A DNA stretch of 64,000 nucleotides, taken from contig NW_018404833.1 in the NCBI RefSeq assembly GCF_002113885.1, forward strand, positions 463,235 to 527,234, read 5' to 3'. The position numbers and the translations under genes are program-made. Positions 1 through 13,580 of this stretch are shown here, in pieces. Each line of letters opens with the position of its first letter. The first letter of the stretch is position 1. The notes below the pieces were generated by a model that worked only from the letters and a program-made list of their open reading frames with translations, made no database searches and was not told the DNA's origin. This DNA is from Mizuhopecten yessoensis (Eukaryota).

Positions 1-685
1 TGTAAGGGCGTGCATATTACCAACGGTGGTACATTTGCTAAGCTATCTGGTTAAAATGGTACAACTTAGGAGGCACATACGCGTCACCTTTAAATTTAAT
101 TTGAAATTATCATACTTGTAAGTACAGCATATCATCTCATTCTAGTACGTACAACTTATTACTACGTACACAATAGTATACTGTGTGAAGATACTCTTGT
201 ACGTACACGATGGTAAGCTATAAGTACCACAATGAAATATTATGTTGTACATACAAGATAGTTAAACAGTTCCAACAATATATATAATACCAAAATAATT
301 GAATGGATATGTTAAGTCGATTATACATAATATTTTCAGCCGAAAAAACCCGTTATCGTTCTTGTATAATGATATGATCAATATCGCCCGGGCGCTAGGG
401 AAGGTTACAATAAAAAGTATTAATTTTCAGATTATCTATAACGAGCGGTCAATAATATAATTATGCAACTTATGCTAGTATATTTCCGCCGAGCGTTGCA
501 AGTTGCAACTTGGGGTTTTGCGGAGGTGGTAAAATAAAAAACACACTTTAGGGTCAAGATACAAAGTAGACGAGCGTAGCGATGCCAACAAATATTGTTT
601 TAATAAAGAAAATATAGTAAAAATATCAGATAACGGAAACCCACAATATTTGCTAGGATGCCGTATGGGATGTGTGGGGCGTAGC

Positions 686-853
686 NNNNNNNNNNNNNNN
701 NNNNNNNNNNNNNNNNNNNNNNNNNNNNNNNNNNNNNNNNNNNNNNNNNNNNNNNNNNNNNNNNNNNNNNNNNNNNNNNNNNNNNNNNNNNNNNNNNNNN
801 NNNNNNNNNNNNNNNNNNNNNNNNNNNNNNNNNNNNNNNNNNNNNNNNNNNNN
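686..853. other. Assembly gap (168 N)
   Basis: Run of N. Confidence 1.
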
Positions 854-1586
854 CCCCCCCCTTAATCCGCGCCTGCTGACTCCGTGAGTCTTTAAAAATT
901 TTCCCACGGTCACTTGCTCTGCGGACGGCGCACTTAGCACGTGTGTGCTGCGCACGTGATAAGTGCATGGTCTGAGCTTACTCGGCACTTCCCCAGTTCT
1001 ACTGTCCAATGAGCACGCCGAACTGACATGGACCGTACCAAGTAAGTACGTGCTCCGCACTTACAACGCACGTTGTTACACTGATTTCTGCAGTATATAT
1101 AAAAGCCGAGCCGAGCATCTTGAGGCAGTAGCAGCAGCAGCTGGGACTTCTGGAGAATCTCGGAAGGTCGTTCTATTACCCCCTAATTCCTGTAGGAATT
1201 ATATATCCCCCACACCCACACACCCGACATTGGGTGGGAAAACTCACGTTCATCGCACTTCCACGCACGCACAACATGCGAGTGAGTAAGGACACCGTAC
1301 GTGAGCAGCACATGTAAGTACGGCCTCCGTACGGTAACGTGGCAATCGCACGGAGATCGTACGTTGTAAGCAAGTTGTAAGCACGTACAACTTCACTTAC
1401 CACGTGTGCGACGTACAGTGCACGCAACCGCTCACGGCCAGGCGTGGCGTGCGGGCCACGTACTTACACCTTGCGCAACCGTGCGAGTGACGTACTCTCT
1501 CCCTGCTCTTGCCACTCCCTCCCCACGTCGTGGCCGCCCCAAAAAACGTACGGACTAAAAACACGCACGGTGGGTGTAACCGGGCC
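854..1586. mobile_element. Non-autonomous DNA transposon end (PIF/Harbinger-like), left part lost in the gap
   Basis: ACGT/CACG-rich body, higher in GC than the flanks, ending GGTGTAACCGGGCC|TTA. Confidence 0.5.
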
Positions 1587-4500
1587 TTAAGACACGAATA
1601 TTTCATACAAACGTTTCTAACTTGTTTTTTTTATACGCTAGTATTTTCAAATCAGTTATCTATGCTAAGAGTACACGAAGTCCAATGAACTTTTACTCTA
1701 TTGTAACAAAATTATCTTTTATCCACAAATAGGATGGTACTTGATTGGCAATTAGTCACCTTGTCATATACACAATATTCAGTAGTGGTAATACACAGCA
1801 TCGATTGTCGGCAAGTCACCACACACAGCCATCGTTATTCTGGTGCTGATGTGGGCGAGTTCAACAGATCAAAATTAATGGAAATTGCATCAGAGAAACG
1901 AGCTCATTTCATATGCAATACGTGTTGATTATCATGTTGGGTCTGTGAAGATAAGACGGAGAAACTGTAGCAGGGTAGGCTACGATTTTGGCGTCGAGCC
2001 TTGTTGCATATTTTAATCTCAAACATTGAAACAGTTTTCAAAGATAGGTTTTTATTATGTCTCAGTCTCATAGGTTCGTCTCTGTTTTTGGTCAACGCCG
2101 TTCCCCAGTTTGAAATTGATGATATTTCTTATAAATATACGGTTTTAAATGACAAACAAATCTTTGTCGATCTGAACATCTGGGCTTGTTCCGTTGAATT
2201 TAAGAAAAAGGAAATAAATTCAGGATCACAAGACATATTTATCACATTGGCAATAGTTTTGGCAAATAACCAATACACTGCAGGATGTTACAGTTTCTAA
2301 TAAAACATGCATTACCACATGCTAAATGTCTATACCCAACAACATTGGTGTCTGTTCTGTTAAAATTGAGTTTATACCCATACAATGTTGAATATATTGG
2401 TATATTTCTGCATAGAATTATATATATAAGTATCTGATACATTGCGTGTGTTTAGACTGGATTGCCTGTCGTAGTATTTCTACTCTCCGTTACGCTTTGC
2501 TTCGAGATTACAAATTATCAAAGAGCGCAACCTGAGGAGGGAAATGGTACTAATTTAAACATATTTTATTGACAACATATTGACAAAGGGATTAGTCGGT
2601 AAGTTTTTCCAACTTATCAATTGACTTCTACCGTATGGTACTAAGCTAGGTAATCCAGACTAAATGTGTGTTCTGTATTTCCTGGGTAAATCGTGATGTA
2701 AATGGATACACTGACGTAATTTTCCCTCCTGATGAGGCCAATCCCATCAATAATGTGACTTGAACTAGTGATGTAAACTGCTGAACGGTGCTTGACTTTC
2801 CTATAGGAATTATTTTCCTGTTCTGAGGGCAAATCTGTCATGACTGTATAATGACACTTATAAGCTTTTTGTGGAATGAAATAATCTACTGCGGATCAAT
2901 ATTCAATATCGAAAACCATTATGTCACAATGATGTTCCATAATTATGTGAGAGGACGAAACTCTTTATACAGACATGACCCCGTTGCTACCTACAACTAT
3001 AGTGTCCCTGTCAGAAATAATGGAACAAAATTCCAACCAAAAATTCAAACTCGATATGTATTTCACTATATCTTGTGTTATATACACAATAAAGTAGTAC
3101 TGTAATTATAACCATCAACGGATTGACCGGAAATGACCATTGTGTATGTTATTTGTTTCGCATTCATTCACTGTATATTGCTTCTATCTTTAGTTGTGCA
3201 CTTCCGGTTTCCGGAATAAATTGTGAAGTTTTAGATCGCACTGCAAGAGATCACTTTTTTAATCTTTGCAGTTCACTCGTAGCCAACCAAATGCTGTTTG
3301 CGATTTTGACTCAAAAGGTCAGCACTGAAACCTTCACGATGAACAGGCCTCGCTGTCGTGTTCTTGGTGGGTAAAGTGGAGGATGGACAGAAAAAGTCGA
3401 CATTAAAGAACAAGCTTCCATCTCCGTCTTGTGTTTGTTTTGTTTTGTGTATTGCTAGATTTGATTTCTGTATAGTGCTCACATTGATTGTGTGGTATTG
3501 AAATGTAATGTAAATATAAATTGAATGTATCTTCTTAGTTAATATACAGTGCTGGTTTTGACTGCATTTTTGGTATTTGAATACACTTTAGTATATGGTA
3601 TCTTGTCGTATATCATAATTTACTGTAGGTGAAATATTTCTTATGCTATTTAAACGTGTACTGTATTCTGCTAGATCTGACTAAATTCTTTCTATATAGC
3701 GATGGTTTTATCTTTAATATTGTACCGTATATTCATTACTGCTTATGATTGTCTATTCATTATTTCAATTTTGTTTTAATTTTCTATTGAACTAAAAAAA
3801 AAACAATACCTACAGTGGTTTATCTGTTTTCAAATATAACATTTTCGGGTATAAATCCTGGCAGACCTGCAGATGTTTATGCAGGTCTTGAAAGGCTTTG
3901 TCAGGCTTGCCTGAAAGCAACATGAGATTACTGGGTCCGACCTTATTTCATGCTGCTTGTGTTATTTAATTTAATATACTTCAGTAATATACTTATTATA
4001 TAATTGATATTTATTTTAGATTTGAGCTCCATTATTTAAAAGATCATTACTTTTTTACAATATCATAATTACAGCTTTGTTTCTATTTATGACTTCATTG
4101 TCTTTTTTTAATTCACACTATATTAGTGTATATCCTGTAAATTTTTACACTTTGCTACATTAGCATATATGTACATTACACAAGTATAGTGTCTTAACTT
4201 GTCTTTTGTAACACGTGTGTGACATTCAAGTGTGATATCATATGCTCTACTGTATAATTTCAGCATATCTAATTTGAATTGTTGTCCTGTTTTTATATTT
4301 ATTCATAAGTACTGTGTTCTTGTTAAATTTTATATAGGTTTTGTCGCAAGAATAGCACTACAGTGCTAATGTTATTATGTTACATGTATATGCGACGTTA
4401 AATAAAGCTTCTTGAATCTTGAATCTTGAATAAACGAACAACTGTGATCCGACCGGTTCAACAGTTTAAATGAAAACCGCCCTGGTAAATCTTATTGGTT

Positions 4501-7500
4501 GGCTTTTGTCTTCTTATATCAACACATTTCTTTGTTCAACCAATAGCGGAGAAAACACTGTATTGGGATAGACTTTCAATTCTGATTTCGTCCTTGTGAG
4601 TATGGTACTGTGATTTTCTAGTGTGGGAAACATTTGCCATATCCCAAGGGGACTAACGTTCCATCAAGTCGGCTGTCTGCCTATTTCGACAAATCTAGTC
4701 CCATCCGTTATCTGAGAAGTGATAATCTAAAAAGCATACCACTGCAGAGACAGGCACATGTGTTTCTTATAGGAAATTGACGAAGTGCAACCTATTTGAA
4801 GTGCCACGTTCTATTTATTTTCATTTCATCCAAAACCATACACTTGTATTTTCCTTTTACAATTCTAATTTTAAATTTGATTGAGGAAATTGAATTGTCA
4901 TATTTGCACACTACCGATCGACTGGTTCATTAGTCGTATACAGAGTTGTCAACTTGTGCGAGGAATAGTAAAATCGATTTCTGAATTACGGTTGTTTTGG
5001 GATTACCTCGTGCTTCAATGGGGAATACATTTTGATTCTTTTTGTTTTTGTAAAAGAGGTATCACACCATGGTAAAAGTAATTAAAATTATTTTTTAAAA
5101 AGAAGAATTTGACATTTGTCGTAACGTTATAATCTCAGTTATTTGATTAGGTATCCCGCGGGGACTGTTTTCGCTCGCTCTTTCCGCTCTTTTGTCGGGG
5201 GCTTGAGATGGCAAATTTAATGAACGACTTATTCTTACTCATGTATTGCTTACTGCCATTGTGTGCTTCACAATCATCACGTGCTCTCAGTGTTAAGGTA
5301 TACGTTTGCACTCAAATCACGCGAATCTTCAGATAGTCAATTTGTATATAAAGATATAGATATATAATCTTCATTGAAATTGAATCTGTAGAATATCTCT
5401 TGAACTTCTTTATTATTTCCTCGGTGGGTATTGTAATGCAGAGATAATTGTAATTCACAAAACGGTATAAGGATTTCCGGAAATGGGCCCAGCTTTCCCA
5501 TTGAAACCTATCGGTGATATTTACCTTCATGTGATTAGGACTCTGAAGCCATGTCGTGCTACAAATGTAAGACCAAAACGCGAGTTTTTGGCACTGCCGG
5601 AGGTACGTCAGTCTCTATTGCATGTTAAAGAAAAACATGTTGACGCCCCGTAAAAACATGCACTTATATATAAAGATAGTTCGGCTTGCGCGCACTAAAA
5701 CATGCATTCTGGCGGTACTGAATCACGATTACACTTCTCAGTGGCACCAATCATCGTCAAAAGTACTTCACACTTCATCTGTCGAAATTAATGCAGATAT
5801 TTTCTATAACATTTGCTAGTAAGTCCTTATCGTCAAATACAGTTGATGACGTATGAAATGTCAGCAGATATTTTTACAATGATAAAATTAATTACTATAT
5901 TTCTACCTACTGAGTTGTATAATAACCCTCGTGATCTGAAAACGTTCCTACTTTGACTTGTGAAGATCATAGAAATACCCATTGATATCTATTTAGACGT
6001 CTATATGGTATATAGGACACAATCATAATACGATCAGTAACATTATTGCAATTATAATAAGGTTAGGTCATATATGGACGGATAAAAATAACCAATAAAC
6101 AATATGGCAGAAATTTAAATCTGTTGTCGGAACAAACAACCCGTCACACGCAATAGAACGGCACTAACGTTAAATGTTTAAATCCTAGATGAAGGGATAA
6201 ATATAACTTTTGTCAAATAGCTAAACTTATTTTTATTATGTTATTTTCTCCGAGCTATCAATAATGAATACAAAATCACGTGTTCATTAATAGCTAACGC
6301 AATTAGGACCGGCAATCAAAACCTCGTACCTAATAATAGCATTACTTCAAACACGGACTTGGTCACGAGATGATTTAGTAATTTAAACACGTTGTCGGCG
6401 ACCTTAGTTGTCCTAAAAATGGAAGAATTGTTTGACGTTGTAGGCATTCTATATCGTTGGTTAGCAAGATTTGTGTGAAGCGTGAACGCTTGGTTGTTGT
6501 GTAGATACCGTCAAGATGCAAGCAATATGAATAAAGAAAATGTGGTGTTCCGCCGTTGTCCAATACATCATTCGGTCTCTTTTGAGAAGTTAAATGTATG
6601 TACAAGAACAATCAAGTCTAAGCGAAAACTAGCCCCAGTTTCATAAAAAACGAATTAACTAAAGGAATATCCTGAAATAATATTTGGTGTAAGTTTCTCC
6701 ATATGAAGGCATTAGTATTCGTATTCAGAAAAAAATTACTAAAGTGAGAAAATATTTTCTTAGTTACAATATGGTGTTTTTTTTCTCTCGAGAATTTCAA
6801 GTCAAGAAGTTTCCTTATCTTTGAAGTAAGGGGAGTTAGTACACCGGGCCAGGACTAGTTCTAATTTCGTAATTGTCTTCAACACTTTAAGAACGTAGTA
6901 CTTCGATCGTCACAAAGAAATACAAATAATGTGATTGAAAATTCATAAACATGGAAACAAGCTATTTTAGGCACTGCCGGAGGAATGCAAGCTTCGAATG
7001 TTTTTTACTGAAATAAGTTAACACTAGCTGAAGCATGCACATATATATAGAAATATTCCAGCTTGAGCGAATTCTTCGCACTTAAGATTTGTCCTGATTT
7101 CCAATGTTCCCATCTTTCCTTTCAAATCGTCTAATGCTGTGTCTCATATAGACACTCTTCCTCGACTGTGCATTGCGCCATTACCGGTAAAAATGATTAG
7201 TCTAGTTTTCAGTTGTAACAGAATTGTTCTCAAATTAAGCTAAAAACTAGCGGATGATAGGTAGTCAACAGATTGAACTCCAAGGTATACATATATTCCT
7301 AGTACGCGCGTGTATGTCTATTTCAGCGTGTCAGTAGTTTAAAAAGAAGTTTAAAAACGGATCGATGTCACAGTTACGAAGTTAATTTTTCCAATTGAAA
7401 CTGGGGAATCCAATTGAAAAATCTTGTTGATAGTCCTTTCTGTAACAATCTAACATTCCATCAAACATTGTTGCAAGTTTGAAATAACCAGACGAAAAAA

Positions 7501-7719
7501 CTTTGACCTTATTTTTCAGCAATATCTTGGGACTGTAGCTTCTCAACATTGTCCATTTTGGTCATCCGAACACTAATATTTTGTGTAAACAAAATTGTAT
7601 ATTTACATTCTGTGTTGCATTTGCCTATATGTCGTTAGTAAACCAAATTGCAGTATATGAGACTGTATACTATAATTTACAGTGATACGGCCAGTGTAGG
7701 AATACAGCTGGTACAAGGT

Positions 7720-8260
7720 AAACAAACATGGCCGCCCGATACTTTCGGTACCAATAGGCCTATAGTCGGAAAACATTCTGGGTTCGTTAGCATTCTATTT
7801 ATCTGTCACCCAAATTGCATTCATATCGACTGTATACTGCATCTGGTAACAGTTCAATGCTTAAATAATATTCTGAAATGTTTTCATAATTTTACCATCA
7901 ATTATTATTTCATAACAACGCTACGGCAGTGCATGTCCTCTATGTTTATCTTAAGAAAAAGAACATCGACGATGTCTTCGAAAGCTACGATGCTGAACTG
8001 TTGGATTCAATTTTGGCTACATTATACAATGAGGTTCGCGCAAAAAAAACCTTAAGATTTTTTTTTTTTAATTTTATTGTTGAAGCATATAATAAAACAG
8101 TAATGGGCTGTTGTGCTGGTAAATATGATGTGATATGAACCTGAAAAAGTGATATTAACCTCGGCGAAGCACAAAAGTCCATAATTATATAATATCTCAC
8201 ATTATGACGTCACAAAAAGATGATAGGATGACGTCACATATTCACAGCATTGGCAAAACG
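7720..8260 (+). mobile_element. Crypton-like (DUF3504/tyrosine recombinase) remnant
   Basis: TAVHVLYVYLKKKNIDDVFESYDAELLDSILATLYNEVRAK resembles the N-terminal region of Crypton ORFs; the ORF is truncated. Confidence 0.5.
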
Positions 8261-8882
8261 GTATTTAATTGATATTCCCCGAATAAATAACCACAAATGT
8301 GCGCATGAATATGCTTCGGTTAACTTCACGATAAAACAAATATCAAACTTAAACCCAATAGCTTATACCCAAAACATTTAATCATATAACAGGTTTCATA
8401 GATATCTTATACAACCTAGTTTGATATTCACGTAGTTTTAGTTTGTAGTCTTTTTATGTCGTTTTGGTTGTTGTTTTCAAATGATTGAACGCTTGTCTCC
8501 TTGATGTGGTATGTGAGGACGTGTTCTGAATACGTTTCACCATGCATCCAGTTTTGTCAGCTCTCGTTAGCTTAATTTCAGAAAATTGTCTGCAGAAATA
8601 TGAACTTTTTTTGTATTGATTATATGAAGGAGATACTTTTGAGTCCGGGGACACGTATGTTTGTTTGTGTGTTTGTTTTTAGATTTAAAAAAAAGTTATT
8701 ATGAAATATCATTGATTCAACCTTGTGTTTTATTTAGGGAGATGAAGCTTTATACATCAGTGCTCCCCCGGCCTTGTTTACCCATCATATTATAACATAT
8801 ATACATGTATTACTATAATTAGCAATTGTCGGTAGCAGCTATCGAGCCTTTAATATCCAACCTAGGGAGGGATGGTGGTTAG

Positions 8883-8992
8883 TGACGTCACGGCTACATG
8901 TACAGTGGCTGAATATATGAGAGATGCCTGTCTCACTCCCGGCAAATTGTCACAAGACGTAGGACGCTTTCCTCTCACTGCAGCAAGTAAGT
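8883..8992 (+). promoter_or_regulatory. Candidate promoter (CRE plus TATA-like) and short non-coding exon ending in a strong donor
   Basis: TGACGTCA at 8883-8890, AATATATGA near 8912, CAA|GTAAGT at 8987. Confidence 0.35.
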
Positions 8993-9599
8993 TTTTTTCA
9001 TCTATACGTAGCATGGTCTATGTTATTTAATCCATCACAAGTGTTGTTTTTTGTCTACACCAAATATTATTAACCGTGTATGTTGTGGGTCTATTTGATT
9101 TTTTTCAGAAGAAAAACAAATAGAAAACGTTTGACAAACTTTAAATTCGATAATGATTGTTTATGTTCTTGATTCTACGGTAGCTTCTATTACAGTTTTA
9201 ACATTTTTTTCTACTTGCACAGTTAAATAACCATTGCAATATAAGTTTGTAATTAACACGCTCTTTGTTCTGTCGTAAATTATCGACAGTCGTCTGTGAT
9301 GTATACTATATATCACTGGTAAATATACAGCACGCACCTTGTTTACACCAAACTTAATTACTGGTACAGGACACATTTTCTGGTATCATTTCTCCTCGAG
9401 AACATATTACTTACTCATATGTTAATTGTTTCACTGACTGAAATATAAGTAATATTTATTTAAAAAAATACTTCCTAAAGACCGCATATTACTGCATAAG
9501 AATGTTCAAAACTAAACGTTTAATTAGTTTTCATTTTAACATCATTGAAGAAAAAAAACTGCTTAGCAAATCAAACATGTTACTTCTATTGGTTGTCCC

Positions 9600-9782
9600 C
9601 AGGCCGGTTCATACCAAAATTCTTAAAAACGGTAGTTGATGTTCCCTGCTTAACGTTCAGCACGTAGGGAAATGGCATCAACTGGTTCACCCGTTGTCAA
9701 TATATTATGACCGAGCGGAATGCTGTGCTGGGTTCCTTCGGCATGGTATTTCAGTGAGATAGCACTATAAAGTCGGCATCCG
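9600..9782 (+). mobile_element. SINE fragment (Meta-domain-like)
   Basis: CATACCAAA...AAAAACGGTAGTTGATGTTCCCTGCTTAACGTTCAGCAC...TTTCAGTGAGATAGCACTATAAAG resembles the recalled MetaSINE core. Confidence 0.55.
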
Positions 9783-9824
9783 TGTGCAGTCGTAAGGTGT
9801 TGCAAGGGGTGAAACTAGTTTAAG

Positions 9825-10447
9825 ACAAGTGCCTATTGACTAGTCTACTGGCCGCGTGAGTAGTGCCCATTGACTCATGTATATACTGACTAGTGTCTAC
9901 TCGCTACTATCTAACGACTAGTGTCAAATGAAAGGTGTTAACTGACTAATGTCTAATATGTAGAGTAAATTGACAAGTGGCTAACAAGTTGCTACTGGAT
10001 ACAGTCTAATGGCCGGTGCATATTGACAAGTTTCTTTTGACTAGTGTTTCTTTACTCTATTTTAATTACTAGTATCTATTTACTAGAGTCTATGTCTACT
10101 GACTTGTGTCTATTGACAAGTTTCTATTGGCAAGTGTCTATTGGCAAGTGTCTACTGACTAGTGTCTATTGACTAGTGTCTACTGACTAGTTTCTACTGC
10201 CTAGTGTCTATTGACTAGTGTCTATTGACAAGTTTCTACTGCCTAGTGTCTATTGACTAGTTTCTACTGGCTAGTGTCTATTGACTAGTTTCTACTGGCT
10301 AGTGTCTACTGACTTGTGTTTACTGACTAGTATCTACTGGCTAGTGTCTACTGACTCTTGTCTACTGGCTAGTATCTACTGACTTGTGTTTACTGACTAG
10401 TGTCTACTGTCTAGTGTTTATTGACTAGGCCAGGTGTCTATTGACTT
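9825..10447. repeat. 14-bp minisatellite, degenerate at the left end
   Basis: GACTAGTGTCTA(C/T)T units. Confidence 0.9.
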
Positions 10448-12689
10448 GAGTTAAATGATCATGACTAATGTGTAAAGATAAATGGTTATTGACTAGAAAC
10501 TTATAGCTGCATGGTGTCCAATAACAGATTGGTACTCGCAGACTGCATTCAATTCCTTCTGAAACTGTTGGTTCAGCCTCTTGTACTTGAAAAAAAAAAT
10601 TCTCCGTCATACCTTGAAAAGCAACGTTCAAAGTATTCCTGCGGGTGCGCTCAGAACTAGAATGTTACAAATTACATGACAAATGTCAAAAGGCTTCAGT
10701 AAAAACGACTCTTTAGGGTCATGATTCTATTTCAGTAGAATTATATCATCTATCTTGCTCAACTGTGGCTCTATTTGACTGAGCGGCTGACGGCACTAAA
10801 ATCTTTATATCAAATCTCTGTCTGTATGTTCAGTGAATATGTCAACTCCGAAGAAATAAAGCATAATAATATTATACACCTAGTAATGACAATTTGGACG
10901 AATCGATGCAGAACAGTGATGGAAGACATGCGAACACGGCTGTCACTAGCTTGTTCATTTTTTTCTATCAATTTTCAACTTTATACAGATTTGCTTGAAA
11001 TATCACACGCTTCTTCAGTGCAGTATCTGACAAGGTGATCGGAGATCATGCTCAAACCTTGACGCCGAAATACCGGAATCTGACAAAAACACGTACAAGC
11101 GTCAGTCATTTTTGATGACGTCATTGATTACCACGCCTTCGAGGATACACGTATACATGTATCAACGTCGCGCGTGAAATTCACCTCAGGTTGCCCTATG
11201 CATGATACATATATGTACATAATTAAAAATATGCATTTTTCTATTTCATTTTTTTTTCTGAAATTTATTTCGATACGTTAGTTAGTACAGAAAAACATGA
11301 CTCCATACTATGAAAGATACATGGCTATAGATAGTGCTTATCATTATTATGAAATGATTATAACAAAAACTGCGCTCTACTTACGAAACTCTAAATGAAC
11401 AACTTGCAAGTACAAAATACATTGTAATTATTTTGATAATATTGCGTGATTTCTGTGAACTTGAACGGCGCAGCAGGTATATGAAGACTTTAAAAGATAT
11501 TTTCAGTTCGATACAGGTTTGAAAACAACAGCTTTACTCAAGTCTAAATAATACCCTCTAACCAAATATCATGATAATCGTGATTGACACGTTTTACCCC
11601 GAAGCCTGATAATCGGATGGTGACACATGTTTATTTCATATCTCCGGGTAAACAAATAGGTTTTGAAATTGAAATGGCCACCTCATCTATCAGAGTTACG
11701 TTCCCTGGGTGAACGGTTGGCATGACGATATGATGGTAATGGCGACAGTGAACATACTGCCACAAACAGACGTGTGTAGTTTATAGCGTAGACATCGTGT
11801 GAACATGACCTAGCCGAGTCGTCAATCAGGGTCAACAGCTTGCTTACAATAAGTGTTTATTAATTGGATCATTGATTTTACGTGTAGTAGGAAAAGGGAG
11901 ATGAGAATCAATCATAATTATCGACAAAAGTGTGAACTAATTATTGAATATTTTCTCGAGTAAGAAGCATAAGTGAACATGCTTTTAATTTTTGCCTCAC
12001 GGATGAAATATTTATAAATATTTTATTAATTACATTTAAATCAAGCTTCACGCTGAATACAATGTGCGCCAAGCATTGTGTCTCGATCACGTGTTATTTG
12101 CATTATGTTAATAGCAACGTTGGGCGCCATTTTTGTATATGAACAATATCATTTGTTCGTTTTCTGTGGTGGTAAAAGACATTTGTTCACAAAGCATTGC
12201 CAAGAACAAGTGGTTAAATATCCTATTACAAAGTGACTATCATGGAATGCTCTCGCTCACGCACAATACGGACAGACGTCAACATTTCTATTTTTGGGGA
12301 CGACGCATTGAGTTATAGGACATATGTTTAATAGGACGCGGTAAAGAGATTGGACTTTTTATACATAATCCATGGAAATATTCCTTGTCATTTTCTGTCA
12401 AATATAACTAAATAATTAAATCTTGCTGGTAACAAGCATTTTCATTGGCTTAAAAAATTATGTTATCAGCCTATAACGTAAAAAATGACGTCGCCGTTTG
12501 TAACGTTGGCTGATACAGCGGCGTAACAATTTCTAAAAGAAAGCAGACCATCAATAAAAGTGGATTTCCACAGGGATTGTGTAAAGTAGATTAAATTATA
12601 AGGACTAACATGAATATTTTTTTTTATTTTATGGAGCTATAACACAAAACACCGGATTAATTTCTCATCATAAACCGCTTCGCTGGGTT

Positions 12690-13580
12690 CCACTAAGTAA
12701 TAGAAGGAAAATCAGAAAAGTATCCCTATTCTTTACAATTAAAAACGGTACAGCTCCAAATTGTTTGTGTGACACCATACCAGATAGCATTGGGGATATT
12801 TGCAGTTATAACCTAAGAAATTCCCAACATTTAAGACAACCAAACTTTATGCTTGAAACTATGCGCAATTCTTTTTTCTCGTCAACTACAAAAATGTGGA
12901 ATGACCTAGATATATTTATAAGGAATTCGCCTTCTCTCAGTTCATTTAAAACAAATATGAAATCAAAAGGTACAATACGTAATAAATGTTTTCTGGTATG
13001 GGGTTCCGTAAATTAAATATACTTCATTGCCGTTTGAGAAACTGTGCGAGCTCTCTTAACTATGACTTGTTTAGATCAAATTTATCTAATACAGCTGAAA
13101 GCGCATAAGGTAATCCATGTGTCTGTCCCCTATTCACCCTGCATCGAAATCTGTTAATAAGAGAGCTACAACAGTATCGTGATGATTCAACTTTAGATTT
13201 GCTCCTATATGGCGATCATAAATTCAGCAATGATGAAAATACCTCAATTACAAAATCTGTCCAAAATTATATCAGCAAATGCAACCGGTTTGGCTGAATG
13301 TGATCATCTTTCTCTATCACTCTTTCTCTCTCTATCATTCTTTTTTCTCCTACCCTACCTATTTTACTATCCTTTGCTTCGTTTCTCTATCCGTCTTTTC
13401 TTCCTCTTTATTTTCTATTTCCATATAAAAACATAATTTATATATATTGCGTAAATTACCTTATCAAGTTATTGTTTATATTCATGTATTTGAAGAAAAG
13501 GACTGTCAAGTTGTGAAAACTTGTGTCCAATTCTTTTGTAAATATTTATTTGCAATAAAATATGTTTAAATCAAATCAAG
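12690..13580 (+). mobile_element. 5'-truncated CR1-clade LINE (decayed ORF2 C-terminus, 3' UTR and tail)
   Basis: YNLRNSQHLRQP...RNSFFSSTTKMWNDL...SPSLSSFK, then LNILHCRLRN..SSLNYDLF; ends AATAAAATATGTTTAAATCAAATCAA. Confidence 0.8.

Noticed and set aside
3360-4430. Possible gene 3' end with AATAAA
   Set aside because: Ends in (CTTGAAT)n, which is more like a LINE tail; no coding exon could be supported.
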